A DNA stretch of 63,792 bases, the filler included, from Basidioascus undulatus (taxonomy: Eukaryota), in NCBI GenBank assembly GCA_000826855.1. It is 7 parts of 7 records of this genome, joined end to end, with 100 filler letters (N's around TTAATTAATTAA, not from the genome) between each part and the next. Parts side by side here need not be neighbours in the genome. Positions count along the whole stretch, not along the records: positions 1 to 9,058 come from JTLS01001306.1; positions 9,159 to 18,211 come from JTLS01001307.1; 5 more parts are not named here. One strand, written 5' to 3'. The notes beneath the pieces were generated by a model. That model was not told the DNA's origin. It saw nothing but the letters and a program-made list of their open reading frames with translations, and did no database searches. Each line of letters opens with the position of its first letter. Positions within the stretch are counted from its first letter, which is position 1. Both the position numbers and the translations under genes were made by a program. Shown in pieces: positions 1 through 11,074 of the stretch.

Positions 1-35
1 CCCTGCCCCCCGCTTATACCTGTCCCAACCCCCAG

Positions 36-947
36 GCTCCGACTTCACGAACCGCCCCGCGCCCGCGCTCCCGGCAGACGCGCCCAAGACGAAGACTGCG
101 CAGAAGATCCTGGGCGCGCAGAAGAACGCGGCGGCGCCGACGCTGTTTGTGGGGAACCTCAGCTTCGAGTCGACCGAGGACGGGTTGTGGGCGATGTTTG
201 AGCGCAGCGCGAAGCGCGCGGGGAAGGCGAAGAAGGAGGAGGGGCTTGGGGAGGAGAAGGAGAAGGAGAAGGAGGAGGAGGAGGGGCTGGGGATCAAGAA
301 GGTTCGAATGGGGACGTTCGAGGACTCGGGGAAGTGCAAAGGGTGCGCTTGGTCTTCTCGCTTTACTTTTTTTCAACTTGGGACGTGGGGTTGACGTCCT
401 GGCCCGAACACAGATTTGCTTTCGTGGACTTCATCTCCGTCGCAGCAGCGACCGCCGCACTCGTGAACCCCTTCAACCACGGCCTGGACGGGCGGAAGCT
501 CGTGCTGGAGTACGCCTCCGAGGAAGCCGTGCGCGTGCGTCTTCCCCCTTACCCCCTTCCTATCCCACTCCTCCCATCACCTCTTCTCCTAGTACTGACC
601 CTCCTCCCCACATCAAGCGCGGCTCCGGCGCGAAGCGCAAGAAGCCCTCCGCGGGCGAGGGGCAGTTCGACTCCCAGCCGCAACGGGAGCGCAAGCCCAA
701 GCGCGCGCGCCCTGCGGTCGAGGCGGAGGGCATGGGCGAGGGTGAGGGTGAGGGTGCGGGTGCGGGTGCGGAGGCGTACGAGGGCGAGGTCCCTCGCAAG
801 GAGCGCGAGCGCGAGCACAAGCGGAAGGAGGGTGCCGGCGCGGGAGGCAGGATGAAGCCTGGTGCGGCGCTGGCGAGTGCGCAGCGCGGCGGGAGGGAGA
901 CGGGCGCTGCGGTGAAGAGTGAGGGGAAGAAGATCACTTTTGATTGA
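36..947 (+). CDS. NOP13: Nucleolar RRM protein Nop13-like, 3' part (5' end outside window)
   Basis: Exons 36-342, 414-534, 618-947. RNP2 TLFVGNLSF and RNP1 KCKG/FAFVDF are joined across intron 343-413. C-terminus MKPGAALASAQR...EGKKITFD is typical of fungal Nop13. Confidence 0.85.
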   Translation, partial: APTSRTAPRPRSRQTRPRRRLRRRSWARRRTRRRRRCLWGTSASSRPRTGCGRCLSAARSARGRRRRRRGLGRRRRRRRRRRRGWGSRRFEWGRSRTRGSAKGALGLLALLFFNLGRGVDVLARTQICFRGLHLRRSSDRRTREPLQPRPGRAEARAGVRLRGSRARASSPLPPSYPTPPITSSPSTDPPPHIKRGSGAKRKKPSAGEGQFDSQPQRERKPKRARPAVEAEGMGEGEGEGAGAGAEAYEGEVPRKEREREHKRKEGAGAGGRMKPGAALASAQRGGRETGAAVKSEGKKITFD

Positions 948-1360
948 GGGGTGAGAGGGGGTGTGGATGTGGGGACATTTTGGGGGATGCTTGTCATGCT
1001 ATCTGAGGTCTTGGCTGGGATTCTATTGTGTCGACACTCATGTGGGATGTGGACTGCGAGCGTCGGACTGCAGGCGAGGTTGCATGCTGGCTGGCCCTTG
1101 ACCGTAGAGATCTCGGTTCGAAATGACTCTGTCAGTCTTATGAATCACTCAATACTAGATCACTCGAAACCGTGCAATCTTTTTCGGGAAGACTGCGAAA
1201 GACCGCGGGTGGGCAGCGCTGTGAGAACAGGACCTGAAAGCGGACCCGAGGAAGGACCCACCTCGCGAAGGCTCGCGAACCGAACCGCCAAAGTCCGCCA
1301 GCCTGAGCGCGCTCCTCATCCTCTTGCTCTCAGTCTCTCCCTTGCACTCGCTCGCTCGCC

Positions 1361-2215
1361 ATGGTCCTCAACTCGCTTGTCTACCGTGCGTCCTCGACTG
1401 CCACCGTCCCTTCCTGCGCGGATGGACCGCGCAGGAGGAGAGGAGAGCGCGGGTGCGACCAAGACGGAGCTGACGAGCTGACGTCTTCTGCCTCTTCCCC
1501 CTTACTCTTCCAGGCCCGAATCGGGTTCCCCAGCGTCAGCGCTACGCGCAGGTGCGTCTTCTCCTCTACTTCTAATCCACCGCCTATCCCATCCCCGCTT
1601 CCACTCGATGCGCGGAAGCCCAGGACCAAGCTGAAACCGCCGGGCGCCGGAACAGACCCACACCGACAAGCTCGTCTACCTCCGCATGCCCCGCTCGCGC
1701 CTCTACTACTGTACGTCCTTAACGGCGCGGATGATGGAGACAGGACTGGAGGGCGTGGTCTGACTTGGCGGCGGGCCGCACGGCAGACTCGTACCTGGGC
1801 TTCTTCGGTGTTGGCATGGCGGGCACCACCTACGGCCTCTACTCGCTCATCACGGTCAGTTTGGGCGGTCTTCTTTCTCCGCAGGCTGAGTGGACGGGTG
1901 CAAGGCGAGGTGGGAGGCGGCGGATGTGCCACCGCGTTGAGTGGGCATGGAGGGCGCTGAGCGGGCAGCACCATCCCGACGGAGTTGTAGGGCACTTGAG
2001 GTCTTTAGGATGGAGGGAACTCCGTCGGCACTGCAGCGACCGCAGGATGCGAAGCCGGCGGATGAAGGGTGGGATGGAGTGCAAAGGCCGGGGCGGGGGA
2101 GAGGCGGTCAGAGAGCGGACGCGGACATCAGGTGGTCTTCTCCCGTTGCGCGGACACAGTGCTGACGTCCCGTTCTCTTCCTTCTCTCCAGGGCAAGCCC
2201 GTCGGCTCGACCTAA
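1361..2215 (+). CDS. COX7: Cytochrome c oxidase subunit VII (Cox7/COX7a family), 5 exons
   Basis: Exons 1361-1385, 1514-1551, 1656-1710, 1787-1854, 2192-2215 give MVLNSLVYRPNRVPQRQRYAQTHTDKLVYLRMPRSRLYYYSYLGFFGVGMAGTTYGLYSLITGKPVGST. The N-R-V-x-x-x-Q-R-Y-x-Q motif plus one TM helix fits Cox7. Confidence 0.8.
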
Positions 2216-2661
2216 GCGGCTGTTTGATCCGTAGAGGAGAGTGTGCTGTACTGGTGTGGGAGCGGGCTTGGGATGTTTGGACGCGGAAGAGCATACATTT
2301 GCCCGATACCGTATTGGCCCGTTGCGTGCTGTGCGTGCAGTGCACTCGTTCCCAACCTGGCAGTATACAACCAACCTGCCGCGCGGTCCTCGCACGCACA
2401 AGGAGTACTAGTTGATTTTAATTCAGAAACGGATGTGTGCGTGATACACCACGCGTGTGGCCGGCGGGCGGGGCACGGAAGGGCGAGGTTTCGCGTGGGC
2501 CTCATGCGGATGGCGCACTCGCCGCACGCTCGCGAGACACGCCTTATCTCACAGTAATAACGAAGTTCGCATTCGCCTGCCTTCTGGCGGCTTCTCTTCT
2601 TCTCTTCCTCCCATCACCACCCCCAAGTCCACTTCCATATCTGGTACTCCCCATCCCAGCA

Positions 2662-4104
2662 ATGCGCCTCCTCCCCGCGAGCCTGGCGCTCCTCGCGTTC
2701 TCGCCTGCCGCCCTCATCCGCGCACAGCAGCCGTCCCAAGTCCCCCTGCCGCAAGCGGCGCTCGAACCGAACGCGCCGCAGCTACCCGAGGACGTCCCGC
2801 CGCTCGAGGGCACCGAGGGCCTGGCGGGCGTGATCAGCGGGCTTGTGTCAAAGTGGACGGGCGTCAACGCGACGGAGCGCGCGCTCGAGCGGAGACATAT
2901 CCATGAGGGCGCGTGGAGGATTACGGATCGGAGCTATAAGGTGCGCTGACGATAACTTGCCTTACTCTGAGCTGAACGATCGTGATTGACCGGGGATGAG
3001 TGAGCAGGTCTTGGTGGAGAATGAGGAGCTGTCGGACGAGGAGGAGACGCAGCGCGTGTGGCTGATTTTGATGTGCGTTTGTTTATATTCCTTCTCGATA
3101 TCCCAGAACCCTATACCCTGACTGTCTTTCACATTGCTTGCGCTGCAGCTCCGGGAGCAACAACCCGGAGCTGGACAAGCTCATCAACCACGCCTACGAC
3201 CAGGCGCTGAACGAGACGCACATCGCGGGCGACCTCCCGCACGTCCGGTGGGGCCGCGCAAACTGTCTGTCCTTCTTTCCCGTTCAGCGTTCCGGTCCGT
3301 TTTTCAGGGTTTTTTTCTGACATAATTTCCGTTCATCACAGACTACCACAAGGTCACGTACCTCACGCTCAAGTGGCTCGTCTTCAAGTGCGTTCCTTGG
3401 CTCCCACCCCCCAAGCGAGGCACGCACTGACGAGTTCGAGCTGTCTCCCGCATGGGCAGGGCCCCCATAACCGTCGTCGTGAAGGACCGGGGCGCAACGG
3501 TGTGGTTCTTCAGCCCGCACGCGCTGCGCCCGCACCCGGATGTCATCCGCGAGTTCCTCAGCGAGAAGTGGTACGAGAGCTTCCCGCCGTGGGTCGCGCC
3601 TTGGGAGAAGCACGGCAAGTAGTACGTCCGCTCCAGTCCCCCTTCCCTCTTCGTGAATGCTTCTCGGATGAAGCACATCTGACGCTCTCGCGCTGGATCT
3701 CGCAGCGGCCACTGGGTCAAGCGCATCTCGTGGTTCATCGACGCCACCTCGGAGAAGAGCAAGGTCATCCCCTCCTGGGGGTGGTACCTGGTGCGCCCTC
3801 CCCTATTCCTCCTCCCGCGTACCTTTAGGTTGACGGAATGGGACCGGGACCCCGCCCGCAGATCATGGCCACCCTCTCATCGTACACGATCCAGTGGCTG
3901 CACAGCGGGGACAAGAAGGACGTGCGGGCGGCGCAGGCTGCCGCGCAGCGGAAGAAGGCTGTGGACGCGCTGACGGCGAAGGCCAAGGCGGCGGCTGCGA
4001 AGGAGAAGGAGGAGGAGGGGTCGGACAAGGGCAAGGCGCCGGAGAAGGCGAAGGTGTCGGGCGTGCAGGCTGGGGGTGCGGCGGGGGTGAAGAAACGGAA
4101 GTGA
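2662..4104 (+). CDS. Signal-peptide membrane protein, possibly a thioredoxin-fold (TMX-like, no CxxC seen) ER protein
   Basis: Signal peptide MRLLPASLALLAFSPAALIRA. Multi-exon GT-AG structure. Segments HVRWGR/DYHKVTYLTLKWLVFK/GPITVVVKDRG...IREFLSEKWYESFPPW. Late hydrophobic segment and C-terminal KKRK (di-lysine ER-retrieval-like). The fold assignment is an inference. Confidence 0.55.
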
Positions 4105-5070
4105 GGGCGCCGGGACTCCTGGAACTTGCATTTTTTGGGTCTCTTATTGTAATCGGGCTGTCGTTGTTGCCGCCTTCGGTCGTCTTGGATGTTGGAATGG
4201 AATGACTTTCTTGCCATGTGTGCTGTGCCGCTCTTCGCACTGACATGAAAACGACGATTTTACTTATCGCTTACCCCTAGATTATCGCGTAGCAATCAAG
4301 AGTTCGGATGTGCGAGCGACTTGCAGCAAGCAACCAAACCCGCACGCCGATCGACGAGGCCCTCTCTGTTCTTTGCATCGGCCCTTTTTTAACAAGTTGC
4401 ACAGCTTCCCGCGTTGGGACCTGATGACAATCATACTGTTTTATCAAAATTTCAGTTGGTGGTTCGCTTCGGTTTACCCCATCAAACGAACTCAGCATTC
4501 GCGACGTGCGCGGTTCCGGTGGCCGACTAAACATCTTGTTGAGGCCATTGCGCGCCGTTGAATTGTTAGGCCGTTGAACTTCGAAAAGCAAAAGGCAACG
4601 GTCGCCCAGACTCATTCTGATGTGGCCTATACTATGCCTGTGTTGTACGTCGCTGTGCCGCAAGAGGAAGCGATCAAGGTGAAGCTCGCTGTTTGTCGGC
4701 GTGCCGGCGTGGGCGCTAATAACCGACAGCCAATGTTGGAAAAGGCCGGAGTTGCCCTGACTGAAAGAAGGAGCAGAATGTTTTCTGAAGACAACGGGCG
4801 AAGCATTCATTGTCCAACACCTCAGGTGCTTCGGGCATTGATTCAAAGCAAAGACTTACGCGGTGAAAGATTGCAAGCGTGTGATGATTTTGAGCACGCT
4901 GCGCTGTGGGATGGATCGATGGAAGTGCAAAACCACACTGTTGGGCAGGATGTGTTGCGACAGCTCTCCTCATCGCATTTTTCTCTCGCAGTCCGTAACA
5001 TGCAGTAAACGTGAAGTGAATGGCATGTAAGCTCCACCAAAACATTAGGCACCAGGCCGACGTAAGATTA

Positions 5071-7141
5071 CTACAAGAAAGCAAGAGGCAAATCACACCG
5101 AACCGGGGACGACCGCCAGCGATACCCCATCTCCTCACACCAGCACAAAGTCACTGAGGTCATACTCCCACCCCAGCCGGTGTCGATGACCTGGATGGGC
5201 GGATTCAGGCCTATCCCGGTGGGGATGCCCAGGGGAGGTACCTGCGATGGATTAATGACTGTGAAGTTGCCCGTCAGCCGGGTGTGAGGATCGAGGAAGG
5301 CCGGACAATGTCGTCCGAAGTAACGAGTGAAAAGAACGCTTACCGACGACTGTCGTCCCACCGCTCGCTGTCGGGATCCCTGTCGTAGGAATGCCGGGTA
5401 AGCCAACTCCACCCGTGTTGACTATGAAAGGGAAGAAGAAGGTCAGCCACGTGTAGTAAGGCGGATAGTTGCTCGCGGGGACGGACGGCCTCAACGCGCA
5501 GCGCTTGGGAGAGCAAGTCCGGGTTTCCGTCGATAAAGACGAGAGCGGGACCAGCCATAACTATGACATTTGAGTGAATCAGCTTCTCTGGACGAAGGAA
5601 GGGGTCTGCAAGGAGGAAAGCGAACCCGTTGTTGCTCGCTTGCTGGACGATGTTCGCTGGTAGGGCGTTCGCGTCCGAAGTAAGCATGATCTACATGCAA
5701 CCGGCGAGGGAGTTTAGATAAAGTAGCGATGTCTGCATGAGACTACGATCACCCACATAGACTGGTCCGGCGATGTTTTGAGGGACGATGCACGACACCA
5801 TGGGCATGACTATGGCGACCGGAGCGCCACCCACGAGCATCTGGCACCTCACGCTCTGCGTGAGACAGTCTGCAGGTCAGCGCCTTTCTGAAGTAGGTGT
5901 CAAGTATGACGAGGAACTTACAGCTGTATTCTGCAGGGTGTTAGCGGTGAAGCCCAACTAAGTCTGCCCGTGTCTGCTCCGAAACCCAGCTCAATCCGAC
6001 ATCGCATCCTTGAACGAACGGACCGGCGAGCGCGAGTACTGCGGCAGCGGGTCAACCAAAGTGCTAGTATGGCACTATCTGTTTCAAAATCACCTTGCGT
6101 TGATGTCAGGGGGATATCGTTGGGTGCAGGCACGGAGTTGCTGTCTGTAAGCCGGTAAGGAGATCAGCGCAGCGCAGTCTTTCAAGTGGCCGCAAGGACG
6201 CACTGTTCAGCAGGTTGAGCATCGAGGAATGGCGACCCTCGACAGACAGGATGGTGCCGCGGGGAGGATAAGGGACTTGTCCTGGATAAGTTGGGCACCG
6301 CTATTTGTACGTCGTTGCCCGTCAGTACCGTGAGGTCACATTGTCGACAGCGGGAGATTCGCACCCCAGATACGCTGCGCGGTCGCCTCACACCGTCAGC
6401 CTGGGAGCAATTGGACAACAGACCTGTAAAAGCGTTGTACCCTAGGTATCGGCCATCTCCAGAGTTCGAGCCGGCGCCATCATGGTTAAAACGTCTTGAA
6501 GCGTGTTGCCGAAATTGAACTGACAAGGGAGCGGAGCATTGCCGGATGCCTGCAGCGCAGCTTGAATACTGCACGCTCTCTCGGTTCAAAATTGAGAACG
6601 AAATCTGAGGTCAAGGGGGTAGGACGAACGTTGTTACGTGCTGCTGCTCGTCGAACAGGATCCTCGAGACCTGCTGCGTTGTGAGCGCAGGCGTGGAGAA
6701 TCCAGTGCAGAACGGCGAAGAACGATGAGCGGCCGAACGAGAGCTGGAGATACAAAGGTGTAATTTTACCTGCTCAGTGAACTTCTGCAGAGCCTGCTGG
6801 TAGAAGGTCGACTCCTAATTGCACCGTCTTCCGTCAGTGCCGCAGCGTTTCAGATGCCTCAGCAGGGGAGAATCCCCAACGCACCAGTTGCTCCAGGACG
6901 TTCGCCTTCACAGCTCGCTCTTGTCAGGGTAGTTGATTCTAAGAGGACATTATCGGCCACGCACAAACTGGAGGACGGTCACGTCCGGGCTCTGCGTGGG
7001 TGCCTGCTGGGGCGGTGCAGTCGTCGCCGCAGGCACGGGTGCGGACGAGGCGATAGTGGCCTCCTGCCTCCGGACAGCGCGGTGCGCCGGTGCGGCCAGC
7101 GCAACAGAAGAGAGAAGAGCGAACAAGCCGAGACGCATCAT
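5071..7141 (-). CDS. Rds1-like secreted ferritin-like-domain protein, multi-exon, with an apparent frameshift; 3' end approximate
   Basis: Signal peptide MMRLGLFALLSSVALA. Exon peptides DVTVLQF/ANVLEQL/ESTFYQQALQKF, DEQQH, PCQFNFG, AYLGGAQLIQDK, TILSVEGRHSSMLNL, VLALAGPFVQGC, CQMLVGG, AGPALVFID match the basidiomycete Rds1/ferritin_2 pattern. Confidence 0.75.
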
Positions 7142-7749
7142 ACGGTCGAAGCGAGTGAAGGTGGGCGCTGCCCTTCGTTGGTCGATAACCGAAAGGAGCG
7201 CGGTCGAACCTGATGCGAGCCACCTTGCTCAGCTTACGAAGTTTTTGATAGGTGAGAACCAGGCGTACCAGCGACTGAAGATTAAAGTAATACACGAAAA
7301 GCAGGACAATGGCAGTAAGGCACGATCGGAATCATACTGAATGTGAGGGGAGGTGGGCAATCTCGCGAAGACGGGCGCGAACGTTCAACTGTCGAAGCAG
7401 GCACCCTTTCCCGTTGCCATGGCAACATCCGATCTGTAACGGAGCGTTCCTGAACGCCTGCTCTCCAGTTACCGTTCTTCATCAAAGGGGACCACTCTAC
7501 GCGGGTTTGAGATATACTCACAGACTACAAACTCACTGATGGAGTCGACGTCGAAGGCTCGAGTGTCAACTACAGACGAGTAATAGACATTCTCGAGTAT
7601 ATTGAAGCTCCTTGTACAGTTTTTTTCATATAACCGGAACCATTCAGCTCAGATAAACTCTGTTGTGCACAGTGCTTGAAAGTAGAATGGACATTTTGGG
7701 GAGAGCGCATAATACCTCCCCTGGAGTGCGTTGACAGTGTGTCGCAAGC

Positions 7750-8455
7750 AATGGCTCTTCTACTGCCTTAAAAGACACTTGGTCCTGCTTGAAATCGCGA
7801 AAGCACCACCTGCTATGCATCCTTCTGCAACAACTCCGCAGCACCTCCAACCCATCCCTCCCATCCTCAAGAGCTCTGTTGATACGCTCCACATTCCACC
7901 CGTGCTTCTTGAAACAATGGCAACGCCCGCTTCGGAACGCGCCAGACCGAGAGACTGCGAGGTAAGCCGAGGAGTGAAAGTGCGGGCTCGTTTAGCCTGG
8001 AGCAGTCGGTCGAGTGGGGAAGAGAAAAATACCGATTGCGTGCGTCGCCACCGGCCAGGTGACATTGCGGGTTAAGGGGATGTAGTTGCCGGCGATGATC
8101 CACGATGGTCCTGCTGCAGCCATGGTGTGTGCAAGGTCGTGGAAGGCCTCATCCGACCGCTTAACCCAGCCACCGCTCCATCGCAGCGCGTCGAGCTTGA
8201 TGAAGGCGACGCCGAGCACGCGCGAAAGCCTTGCTTGCACCTTGGGTGGACTGTGATTATGTCCATGCTCTGAGTGAAAATAGATTCCAATTGGACAACT
8301 GAAATATGAATTACCTTTCCCGACCCCGATTGCCCTGTACCGTGAGTATAAAGCAACGGTATCCTCGGTAATGCGAAGAGCAGAAACTGTGTCAACGAAC
8401 CAAGGATCAGTATGCGGACCCCCCCAGTTGAGGCCGGACTTTTCAAGCTTGACAT
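7750..8455 (-). pseudogene. Adenylate-kinase-like / FlaR-type P-loop NTPase, frameshifted; 3' end approximate
   Basis: RILILG/QSGSGK/ST Walker A is split over three exons. It is followed by RLSRVLGVAFIKLDALRWSGGWVKRSDEAF...WIIAGNY...WPVATHAI. A GCAA duplication (plus strand 8231-8238) breaks the frame just after GKST. Confidence 0.65.
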
Positions 8456-8908
8456 TGGGTTGTTGGGGCAGAATGGGCGTCAGACAAAGAGGGCGTGAGG
8501 CTCAAGGAGTGGTCTCTTTTCCGAAGAGGATTTTGTTCGAAGTGTTCCACGTGGAGTCACTCGAAGCAGACTTTACGTCGGAGCCGCCACTATACAACGT
8601 GGCAGGGGCGCAGGGGAAGATTTCACAGCTTGCCACCTTTCCCAGGAATTTGTGGGCTAGCACCTTAATGTAATGCAATCTGATATTTGCCGGGCGATGC
8701 AACGGAGGCGTCAGCAAACTACGCGGAGCAGACAAGCGAGCGTGACGAGTCGTCGCAGCCCGCGAGGCCAGAGAGGCCAGCAGGAGACCACAAACTCAGG
8801 CAAAATCGAATAGCACAACGCAAACCTGGCCTGGAACTCGCACCCAATCACACGAACTGGCATAAGCAAACGTTGCAATATTTTCTCCCCTGACTACCCC
8901 AAACGCCC

Positions 8909-9013
8909 TTAGGCCTTGTACACCGGGTCAACCTGGTGCATCTTCGTTTGGACGGGCGTCTCGACAGCCTCGCTGCCGTACACCTTGGGCGCGACGAACA
9001 TCTTGGTCGAGAC
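8909..9013 (-). CDS. Terminal exon of an unidentified gene cut by the contig end
   Basis: GCTGAC branch point and CAG acceptor, then VSTKMFVAPKVYGSEAVETPVQTKMHQVDPVYKA-stop with GC3-rich codons. Confidence 0.55.
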   Translation of the reverse strand, partial: VSTKMFVAPKVYGSEAVETPVQTKMHQVDPVYKA

Positions 9014-9058
9014 CTGCGCCTTCCTCGTCAGCCACGCAGACAATGAAGTACATGAGGG

Positions 9059-9158
9059 NNNNNNNNNNNNNNNNNNNNNNNNNNNNNNNNNNNNNNNNNN
9101 NNTTAATTAATTAANNNNNNNNNNNNNNNNNNNNNNNNNNNNNNNNNNNNNNNNNNNN
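9059..9158. other. Artificial contig linker N44-TTAATTAATTAA-N44
   Basis: 100-nt spacer with stops in all frames; identical at all six gaps. Confidence 0.97.
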
Positions 9159-9246
9159 GGACAAAGGAAGGTGACAATAGGGAGAGGGTAGGGGAGGGTG
9201 TAGATGTCCTTGGTGAAGGGAGGGAGGGTATTCATGACACAGAGGC

Positions 9247-9480
9247 TTGTCCAACATATCAGGAGGGCATCCAATATTCCATCAACCAGGTCAGGAAGGT
9301 GTCCATTCCAACATGTCAGAAAGGGATCCAACATGTGGTCCAACATTCCATTTAAAGCTCTTCCAACATGTTGTCCAGCATGTCAGGGAGGAGTCCAACA
9401 TTCAGTTCAACATGTTAGGAAGGTATCCAACATGTCATCCAACATGTCAGAAAGTGGTCCAACATTCCATCAAACATGCC
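9247..9480. repeat. Degenerate array of about 13 TCCAACAT(GT/TC) units in a CpG-free tract
   Basis: Units start near 9249, 9270, 9306, 9327, 9338, 9361, 9373, 9393, 9405, 9425, 9437, 9457 and 9469. I found no CG dinucleotide from 9159 to 9485. Confidence 0.85.
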
Positions 9481-9519
9481 AAAAGCGTGAATGCATGCCA
9501 AAATTCAGGTGTAAAAAGT

Positions 9520-9597
9520 TGCTTGACCCGTGAATCGAACACGGGGCGGGTCGAGTTCAAATGGCAACGACCCAGGTTACCACTACCCCAGCCAAGC
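9520..9597 (-). tRNA. tRNA-Gly(GCC) with a 7-nt intron
   Basis: GCTTGGCTGGGGTAGTGGTAACCTGGGTCGTTGCCA[TTTGAAC]TCGACCCGCCCCGTGTTCGATTCACGGGTCAAGCA. Acceptor stem GCTTGGC/GTCAAGC, anticodon stem GGTCG/CGACC, T-arm CCGTG-TTCGATT-CACGG, followed by a T5 Pol III terminator. Confidence 0.92.
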
Positions 9598-9876
9598 AAT
9601 AAAAGTGTTTTCCGTTTGTTTTCCCAGATCTCTGTCGTCATCACCGTGTCAAGATTGCTTCGCTAATCTATCATGTCCACTTTCACCATAAATGCATACA
9701 TACCCAACTCCTAACACGAAACAAAGCCAGGCGAGCCCTACGTGCTCTGCGTCTGTAACTCTTTTCTTCGCAGCGATTCCCACGAAATGACTTCATCAGG
9801 CTTCTCTGCAGCGCACACGATCTCTCTTTCCCTCCCTCCTTACCCTCACTCTTTCCTCCCATTCACCACTTTCGAC

Positions 9877-10392
9877 ATGCTTGCCACCTCCATCTTCCGA
9901 CTTGTGTTTGTCCCGACCACTGCGTATCGTCGATCCGCCCGCTTGCTGGCGCAGCGCGGACTCTCCACACGCCCTTCTACCGACGGAGAAGATCTGGCGC
10001 CCGAGAATCCTTCGCACGCCGTACGCATCCACCGCGCTCCCATCCCACAAGCCAAATCATGCTCACTCTCATGTAATACCTCCAGCCTCCAGCTACCCCC
10101 TGCCCCCCGCGCACGTCCCCCGAAGCGCGCGCAGACGCGAAGGACGCGAAGCCGACCACACCTATGGTGAAGACGGAGGCGGAGCGGGAGCGCGAGATGC
10201 AGGAGCGGATGCGCGAGCGGATGGGCGGGATGGAGACGCAGGAGTTTGAGGATGGGCAGGTGCCGGGCGGGCTGAGGTGAGTGCGCTTCGGAGAAGGTGG
10301 GCGAGGAAAGGAAGGTGGCGCTGATGTGTTCTGGGGGCTGGGCGATCCGGGTCAGGAGAGAGGTCCAGAGGAATATGTTCAGGTTGATTTGA
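9877..10392 (+). CDS. Small probably mitochondrial protein with a fungal-type C-terminal motif (EFEDG...RNMFRLI)
   Basis: Exons 9877-10020, 10086-10277, 10356-10392 are in frame. Arg/Ser-rich presequence-like N-terminus. Ends EMQERMRERMGGMETQEFEDGQVPGGLRREVQRNMFRLI. Confidence 0.7.
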
Positions 10393-11074
10393 CCGGAGGG
10401 TGGCACGTGGAGGAGGGATAGTGTGCGGTTGGGGGTGGGGGGCGACGGTGCACTGCGAGGGGAGTGTTTGCCTTTGGGGTTGACTACTTCGAAGCCGTTT
10501 TATCAGAAGGATATATTTTGGGGTTGACACACTCATGTCGTCTCCCGGCAACTTGGGTCTACAACCAGCGCGCCGTTGCACACTGCGAGGGTCCTGATTC
10601 CTGTAGGTGCAAGGAGCGGCTGCCAGGCCCGGCCTGGCTAGAAAGTGTGAGGGGGACCGCAGCCCCGCCTGCCTTTACGGAGACAAGGGAGAGAGTAGCA
10701 ATTGTAGCTATTTATGAAGCCGGATGCAGTACTGAATTTCAGTGAGAACTTGCTGCTGTTGGTGACTGCAGCATCTCAATGCGCTCCTGAGTAGTCCTCG
10801 GCGACTGAATTGGCACGATACTATCACCCAAACCATGGAATCTAAAAGCGTACACCCATCCATGGCAGCATTATGCACTTCGCATCGCAGGTGGCCTCAG
10901 CCACAGGAGAAAAAAAGGAAAAATGTCCGGCACGAGCGGCAGGAACGTGAGAGTCGCTTGGTCAGCCAATTTCCGAAGCGAAGCGGCGAAGTGACCCCCT
11001 CGACCGACCGCTGCCGGGGGGCGGAACCTCTACCAGCAACCACATTATCGGCGGCGCCTCTGGGACCATCCCCC

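Noticed and set aside
4277..5050. Overlapping 140-190 aa ORFs between the ER protein and Rds1-like genes
   Set aside because: No motif, no GC3 codon bias and no consistent splice model.
9247..9480. CRISPR-like array
   Set aside because: The units are about 8-12 nt and degenerate, spacers are not unique 25-45 nt sequences, there are no cas genes, and the context is eukaryotic.
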